NCBI GenBank assembly: GCA_044223005.1
Contig: JBGAML010000010.1
Location: 64,001 to 128,000 of the forward strand
Length of the DNA: 64,000 bases
Direction of reading: 5' to 3'
Origin: Candidatus Eiseniibacteriota bacterium
Lineage (GTDB): Bacteria > Eisenbacteria > RBG-16-71-46
Part shown: piece by piece, positions 58,752 through 64,000 of the stretch
Numbering within the stretch: the first letter of the stretch is position 1
Layout of the letters: the number at the start of each line of letters is the position of its first letter
Notes under the pieces: generated by a model
Told to the model about the DNA's origin: nothing
Database searches by the model: none
Seen by the model: the letters and a program-made list of their open reading frames with translations, nothing else
Made by a program: the position numbers and the translations under genes

Positions 58752-59108
58752 TCACAGCGTGATCACGCGCTCCGCGCGCAGCTGTGCGTCGAGGATGTCC
58801 GGCATGCCGCAGGCGCGGCCGGCGCGGAGCTTGTCCTTGAGGCCGAAGTACTCGAGGCACGTCGTGCAGACGAGAAGCCGGCAACCGCGGCGTTCGAGTT
58901 CGGCCAGCGCCTCGAGCACCGGCGAGCCCTCGCACGCGAGGTGCACGCCCTCGGTGTAGAAGCCGATCGCCGCGGGCACGAGATCGCCCGCGAGCAGCAG
59001 TCCGAAGTACTTGGACGCGAGCGCCTGCTGCAGGGGCGCCTCGGCGAATCCGAGTCCGTCGCGGGTGACGAGCAGGGCGGTGTTCGCGAAGCGGGCGTCG
59101 GAACTCAT
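58752..59108 (-). CDS. DsrE-like protein (resembles the C-terminal domain of YedF sulfurtransferase)
   Basis: FYTEGV.L...GSPVLE.L..LE..G...LVC.TCLEYFGL; ATG 59108 after GGAGG. Confidence 0.82.
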   Translation of the reverse strand: MSSDARFANTALLVTRDGLGFAEAPLQQALASKYFGLLLAGDLVPAAIGFYTEGVHLACEGSPVLEALAELERRGCRLLVCTTCLEYFGLKDKLRAGRACGMPDILDAQLRAERVITL

Positions 59109-59240
59109 CGGACCTCCGGGGTCGGGAACGGTGCGGGCGCGCCGGACACGGCGCGCCCACGAAGCGCGACCCCGGAAGCGTAACGCGGGCACGCGGCGCT
59201 GTCGCGCGGCGTGCCCCGGCGGGGCGTCCCCGGCCGGCGC

Positions 59241-59747
59241 TCAGTCGAACTCGTACTCCGGCTTCGGCGGCACCTGCTCCAGCCCGGTGCGGCCGGCGAC
59301 GATCTCGGCGCGCGAATAGTTCTCGCCCTTCATCTTGTGACCCGAGAGCCGCCGCAGCATCGCGAGCTGGCCCGTGTGCGTGAGTGCGTCGGCGAGGCCG
59401 GCCTGGAAGAGCTCACCCGGATCCCAGCGCAGCGGCGCATCCGAAGCGAGGTGCTGGTCCAGCGCGCCGATCGCGGCGAAGAAGCGTTCCTGCTCCGCCG
59501 CCCACGGCAGCGGTGTCGCGGTGGTCCAGCGCCGCTCGCCGTCGCGCGCCATGCGCAACGACCAGTCGAGCAGGTCGCCCATGTGCGCGAGCAGCGTGCG
59601 CGGCGAGTTGGAGTCGGGCGACGCGAGCCAGTCCGCGAACGCGTCCGGCGTGCCGCGCACGGTCTTGCCGGCGCGGTACGCCAGCGTCGCCAGCACGTGC
59701 CGCAGGAACGCGCGCGCGCCCGGGTCGGCCAGATCGAGCGCGCTCAC
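59241..59747 (-). CDS. DinB-like four-helix bundle protein
   Basis: Motifs LRH.LATLAYR, LLAHMGDL, ADALTHTGQLAMLRR. Confidence 0.82.
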   Translation of the reverse strand: MSALDLADPGARAFLRHVLATLAYRAGKTVRGTPDAFADWLASPDSNSPRTLLAHMGDLLDWSLRMARDGERRWTTATPLPWAAEQERFFAAIGALDQHLASDAPLRWDPGELFQAGLADALTHTGQLAMLRRLSGHKMKGENYSRAEIVAGRTGLEQVPPKPEYEFD

Positions 59748-60520
59748 CGCAGGCGGCGCCGCACTTCGGCCGCGCGGCGCTCGCTGGCCTCGACGCGCGT
59801 GCCGTCCTTCAGCCGCAGCACCAGCACGCCGTCCTCGGCGCCGTAGCTCTCGATCGCGTTCACGTTGACCAGTGCGCCACGGTGCACGCGCACGAACTGG
59901 CCCTCGGGCAGGCGCGTCTCCAGCTCCTGCAGCGTGTAGTCGACCAGGTACTCCTTGCCCTCGCTGCTCGCGAGCACCAGGCGGTCGCGCGAGAAGACGA
60001 GCGGCACGTCGGACAGGTCGAGCAGCTTCACCTCGCGACGGTGCCGCACGGGCAGCCGCAGCAGCGGCGGCGCGCCCTGCTTGGCCGGCGGGTTCGCGAG
60101 CACGTCGCGCGCGACGGTCGCGGCGGGTGCCCGGCGCGCCCCGTCGTGCACCTCGGCGCGCACGCGCGCCACGGTCTCGGCGAGCCGCTCGCGGCGGATG
60201 GGCTTCAAGACGTAGTCCAGCGCCGCCAGCTCGAACGCCTCGACGGCGTGCTGGTCGTACGCGGTCACGAACACCACGACCGGGGCGTCGTCGCCCTTCA
60301 GGTGCCGCGCGACCTCGAGCCCCGACACGTCGGGCATGTGGATGTCGAGGAAGGCCGCGTCCGGCTTGGCGCGCGCGATCTGCGCGAACGCCTCGGCACC
60401 GTTGCGCGCCGAACCCACCACCTCGACGCCGTCGTGCTCGGCGAGCAGCCGCTCGAGATACTGCCTCGCGCGAGGTTCGTCGTCCGCGATCACCACGCGC
60501 AGCGTTTCGCTCCGGTTCAC
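59744..60520 (-). CDS. LytTR family DNA-binding response regulator
   Basis: Motifs IADDE, FLDIHMP, FVTAYD, DYVLKP; LytTR FVRVHRGALVN; GTG start overlaps the kinase stop. Confidence 0.93.
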   Translation of the reverse strand: MNRSETLRVVIADDEPRARQYLERLLAEHDGVEVVGSARNGAEAFAQIARAKPDAAFLDIHMPDVSGLEVARHLKGDDAPVVVFVTAYDQHAVEAFELAALDYVLKPIRRERLAETVARVRAEVHDGARRAPAATVARDVLANPPAKQGAPPLLRLPVRHRREVKLLDLSDVPLVFSRDRLVLASSEGKEYLVDYTLQELETRLPEGQFVRVHRGALVNVNAIESYGAEDGVLVLRLKDGTRVEASERRAAEVRRRLR

Positions 60521-62661
60521 CGCTCGCCTCCCTCCTCGCGGGACCAGCGCATGCGCACGACGAACCCGCCGTGCTCGCCCGGCCCCGAGGTCACGCGCGC
60601 GCCCGCACCGCCGAAGCGGCGGACGCGCTGTTCCAGGTTCTCCAGCCCGACACCCAGCCCCGGTCCGCCGTTGGCGTGCGGGCGGCCGTCGTCGGCGAAC
60701 TCCAGCTCGAACCAGCCCTCGCCGGCCCGCGCGCGCAGCGTCATGCGCAGCGGATCCTGCGTGACGGGCACGCCGTACTTGAGACTGTTCTCCACCAGCG
60801 GCTGCAGCACGAGGGGCGGCACGCCCACCGAGAGCAGCTTCGGATCGCCGTCGTAGCGGAACTCGAGCGGGTTCTCGTAGCGCTCGCGTGCGACGCCCAG
60901 GTAGTCCTCGACGAACCCGATCTCCTCGGACAGCAGCGCGACGGGACGCTTTCCGGCCTCGACCGTGTAGCGCAGCATGCCGGCCAGGCGCTCCGTGAAG
61001 CGTTGCGCGGCGGGCGGGTCGGTCTCGATCAGGTACGCGAGCGCGTTGAGGGCGTTGAAGAGGAAGTGCGGCTGCACCTGCGCCTGGAGCGCGCGCAGCT
61101 CGGCGCGCGTCGCCGCCTCGCGCATCTCGACCGCCGCGCGCTCGGCGGCGGCGCGCTCGTCGGCGAGTCGCAGGTTGTCGAGCCGGATGCCGGCCTGGCG
61201 CAGCAGCGCCTCGAGGTCCGCACGCGCGTGTTCCGGCGCCTCCTCCGGATCGGCGAGCACCGGCGGGCCGTTCGTCGGCCACGCCACGGGCAGCGGCCGG
61301 CGCAGGCCGCGCGCGATGCCGGCCTCGACCGACCCGCGCACCATGGCGGGATCGAGCGCCGAAAGCAGCTCGCGGCCGGCCTGGTCCATGGAGCGCCGCA
61401 GCGCGACCGGGTCGCGACCGTAGACTCCGTCGATCGCACGCTGCACGCGTTCGCGCAGCGGCGCGAACGCGAACGCGAGCACGAGCGCGGCGAGCAGGCT
61501 GAACGCGAGCGTCTGTTCGCCGGTGACCGACGCGAACAGCCGCTGCCCGCCGAGCACGACCGCGAGGTAGATCGCCGCGAGCACGCCCGAGAGCAGCGCG
61601 TACGGCAGGCCGCCCGCGACGATCCGGCGCGGGTCGAACACGGGATCGTCGGCGATCAGGTAAGCGAAGATGAACGGCGCCGTCAGCCACGCGATCAGCA
61701 CGCTGCTGAACAGCAGCCGCAGCGTCGCCGACGGCATCGCCGCCTGCACGCGCGGGTCGCTGGAGGCGAGGTTGAGCGCCGCGCCCGTCAGCACCGCGAA
61801 CGCCGCGAGCAGCGCCAGCACGCGCTGGTGCGTGCCCGGCGCCCAGTCGTGGGTCGTCCGCGCGTAGCGCTCGACGAGGAACGCGATGCCGGTTGCGAGC
61901 GCGACGGCCTGGTACCAGTTGAGCGCGGCGTCGGGCGGGCTGTGCACCCAGCCGCGCCAGATGGCCCACATGACCACCGGCGTCAGGTAGGCGGCGATCG
62001 TGAAGCCGCGGCCGAGCGTGCGCCCGGGGCCGGGGCCGCGCGGCCGCGGGAACACCGACATGAAATGCACGAAACTCGCCGGGTAGAGCCACGAGAGCGC
62101 TTCATACGCCTTCAAGTACATGCGGAACGCGGGATCGAAGTCGCCCTGCGCGTACTGGTAGAGCCCGAAGATGAGCGCGAGCCCCTGCAGCGCGGCGAAC
62201 CACAGGAACGCCCACGCGGACGGCAGGTCGGGCCGGCGCCACACGAGCAGGAACGCGACGAGCGGCGCTGCGATGACGGCGGCGATCGGGTAGAAGTAGA
62301 GTCGCAGCCGCTCCCACGCCGAGAGCCGCACGGGCGGCACGAGCATGCTCATCGGCTGCGAGCCGCGGCGGATCTCGAGCTGGAACGGACCGCGCGGCCA
62401 GCCGTGCAGCCGCAGCGAATCGCGCGTGGCCGCGTCCTCGAGCCGCAGGCCGTCGATCGCGACCAGCGTATCGCCCGCGAGCAGGAGCCCCTTCGCCGGC
62501 GGACCCTCGACGCGCTCCACGACGCGCTTGTCCACGTACGCGCCGAGGCGGCGGTAGGGCGCGTGCGTGAGGAATCGCGGCAGGGCCACGGCGACCGCCA
62601 CCAGCACGACGGCGATCGCGAGGGCGCGGCGGGTGAGCAACGCGGAGTTCACTTCGGGCAC
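60517..62661 (-). CDS. LytS/YehU-type sensor histidine kinase with N-terminal PDZ-like domain and multi-TM region
   Basis: H-box LQAQVQPHFLFNALN, QPLVENSLKYG, DDG...GLGVGLENL; PDZ-like V..GPPA.GLL.AGD.LVAIDG. Confidence 0.9.
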   Translation of the reverse strand: MPEVNSALLTRRALAIAVVLVAVAVALPRFLTHAPYRRLGAYVDKRVVERVEGPPAKGLLLAGDTLVAIDGLRLEDAATRDSLRLHGWPRGPFQLEIRRGSQPMSMLVPPVRLSAWERLRLYFYPIAAVIAAPLVAFLLVWRRPDLPSAWAFLWFAALQGLALIFGLYQYAQGDFDPAFRMYLKAYEALSWLYPASFVHFMSVFPRPRGPGPGRTLGRGFTIAAYLTPVVMWAIWRGWVHSPPDAALNWYQAVALATGIAFLVERYARTTHDWAPGTHQRVLALLAAFAVLTGAALNLASSDPRVQAAMPSATLRLLFSSVLIAWLTAPFIFAYLIADDPVFDPRRIVAGGLPYALLSGVLAAIYLAVVLGGQRLFASVTGEQTLAFSLLAALVLAFAFAPLRERVQRAIDGVYGRDPVALRRSMDQAGRELLSALDPAMVRGSVEAGIARGLRRPLPVAWPTNGPPVLADPEEAPEHARADLEALLRQAGIRLDNLRLADERAAAERAAVEMREAATRAELRALQAQVQPHFLFNALNALAYLIETDPPAAQRFTERLAGMLRYTVEAGKRPVALLSEEIGFVEDYLGVARERYENPLEFRYDGDPKLLSVGVPPLVLQPLVENSLKYGVPVTQDPLRMTLRARAGEGWFELEFADDGRPHANGGPGLGVGLENLEQRVRRFGGAGARVTSGPGEHGGFVVRMRWSREEGGER

Positions 62662-63048
62662 CTTCCCACAGTCCGGAACCTGCCCTCAACGCGGCGCGCG
62701 CCACCACGGCGCGCGCCCACGGGAGTTCGAAACGAGCATGCGCTCGCGCGACCGCAGCGTCCGCCGCCGCCCGACGAGCGCGGGGCCGGGGCCGCCCGGC
62801 GCGCTGGCGGCGGGCCCGGCGCCGGGACCCCGGCGAGGCCCATGTCCAAGAAGCGCAAAAGCACGGAGGTGCGAGGGACGAGCGGCCCCCGGGCGGCGTA
62901 TTTGAATGTGCGGCCCGGGACCCGGGTGATATAGAGTGCGGGCCGCTCCGCCCGCGCGCGATCGCTCTCCGCGGCGCGGGTTTCACCGTATCCCGATGGC
63001 GGCCTCCCGGCCCGTGGCCGGCCCCGCCCCGACTGGAGGTTTCACTTG

Positions 63049-64000
63049 ATGTTCGCCCGCCGCGCGGCCGCCCTGGCGACGGTGCTCGCCCTCGCTGCCG
63101 TCGTCGCCCACGCCGCCACGACGCCCGCCCGCAAGCCGGCGCGTCCGGCGTCCACCCCAGCGCCGGCCGCGTCCCGCCCCGCGACGCCCCCGCCCGCGGC
63201 CGCTCCGGCCACCCGGCCCGCCGACGGCTCCGAAGCCGTCGATGCCGTGGCCGCCATGGTCAACGACGAAGCCGTGCTGGTGAGCGACGTCGAAGAACAG
63301 CTCTATCTCTTCCTGCAGCAGGTGCAGCAGCAGGGCGGGCGGCTGCCCGACTCGTCGCAGGTCGACACGCTGCGCCGCCAGGTGCTCGACCAGATGATCG
63401 ACGACAAGCTGCTGGCGGGCGAAGCCAAGCGCCAGGGCATCGTGATCGCCGACGCCGACCTCGATCGCGCGGTCGACCAGGACGTCGCGGGGGCGCGCCA
63501 GCGCATGGGCAGCGACGCCGCGTTCCAGGAGCAGCTCAAGCGCGAGGGGCTCACGGAGTCGCAGCTGCGCGACCGGTTCCGCAACGACCGCCGCAAGCTG
63601 ATGATGATCGAGCGGCTCAAGATGAAGCAGTTCCCCAAGCGCGCCGTGACGCAGGCCGAGGCCGAGGCCTACTTCAAGGAGCACAAGGACCGCTTCCCGA
63701 AGATGCCCGCCGAGGTCCATCTCCAGGTGATCCAGATCCGCCCCGAGCCGGATTCGGCCGCGGTGGCCGCGGGCCGCGCGCGCATCGAGGCGATCCGCAA
63801 GCGCCTGCTGGCGGGCGAGAAGTTCGCGAAGGTGGCGGCCGAGACGTCCGAGGACCCGGGCTCGGCCAACGCCGGCGGCGACCTCGGCTTCAACGTGCGC
63901 GGACGCATGGTGAAGGAGTTCGACGACGCGTCGTTCTCGCTCAAGCTCAACGAGATCAGCCCGCCGCTGCGGACGCAGTACGGCTGGCACGTGCTGCAGG
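63049..64000 (+). CDS. surA: SurA-like periplasmic chaperone/PPIase (partial, runs off the window end)
   Basis: Not in the ORF track. Hand translation gives MFARRAAAL...VDAVAAMVNDEAVLVSDV...VLDQMIDDKLL...FAKVAAETSEDPGSANAGGDLG...ISPPLRTQYGWHVLQ; GGAGG SD. Confidence 0.88.
   Translation, partial: MFARRAAALATVLALAAVVAHAATTPARKPARPASTPAPAASRPATPPPAAAPATRPADGSEAVDAVAAMVNDEAVLVSDVEEQLYLFLQQVQQQGGRLPDSSQVDTLRRQVLDQMIDDKLLAGEAKRQGIVIADADLDRAVDQDVAGARQRMGSDAAFQEQLKREGLTESQLRDRFRNDRRKLMMIERLKMKQFPKRAVTQAEAEAYFKEHKDRFPKMPAEVHLQVIQIRPEPDSAAVAAGRARIEAIRKRLLAGEKFAKVAAETSEDPGSANAGGDLGFNVRGRMVKEFDDASFSLKLNEISPPLRTQYGWHVLQ

Overview
Very GC-rich (roughly 70%+ by eye), gene-dense bacterial chromosome segment with about 46 credible CDSs. 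I found no rRNA, tRNA, CRISPR array, integrase or transposase. Most long ORFs in the six-frame track are antisense or off-frame shadows caused by the high GC. Core genes include a class II B12-dependent ribonucleotide reductase (nrdJ), mfd, two SurA/PpiC-type foldases, an ADP-forming acyl-CoA ligase, a MoxR-DUF58-BatA/vWA cluster, a Ca2+/H+ exchanger, a VIT1 transporter and a LytS/LytTR pair. The main theme is protein export. Seven secreted proteins (BNR propeller, repeat propeller, beta-propeller, GH135-like, two EEP nucleases, S8 protease) end in the same ~80-90 aa FlgD-Ig/T9SS-type-A-like C-terminal domain. This suggests an FCB-allied candidate lineage such as Ca. Eisenbacteria (inference only). 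There is also a 75-aa PEP-CTERM micro-protein with a correctly spaced sigma54 promoter and a TGT-N11-ACA palindrome, just upstream of a GT-C/TPR glycosyltransferase. Other signals: three sigma28-like promoters (HD-GYP gene, a pilin-like pair, a 71-aa orphan), two probable CTG start codons, a switch-like nrdJ leader and a structured intergenic element near 10.1 kb. Family assignments come from motif recognition, not database searches.
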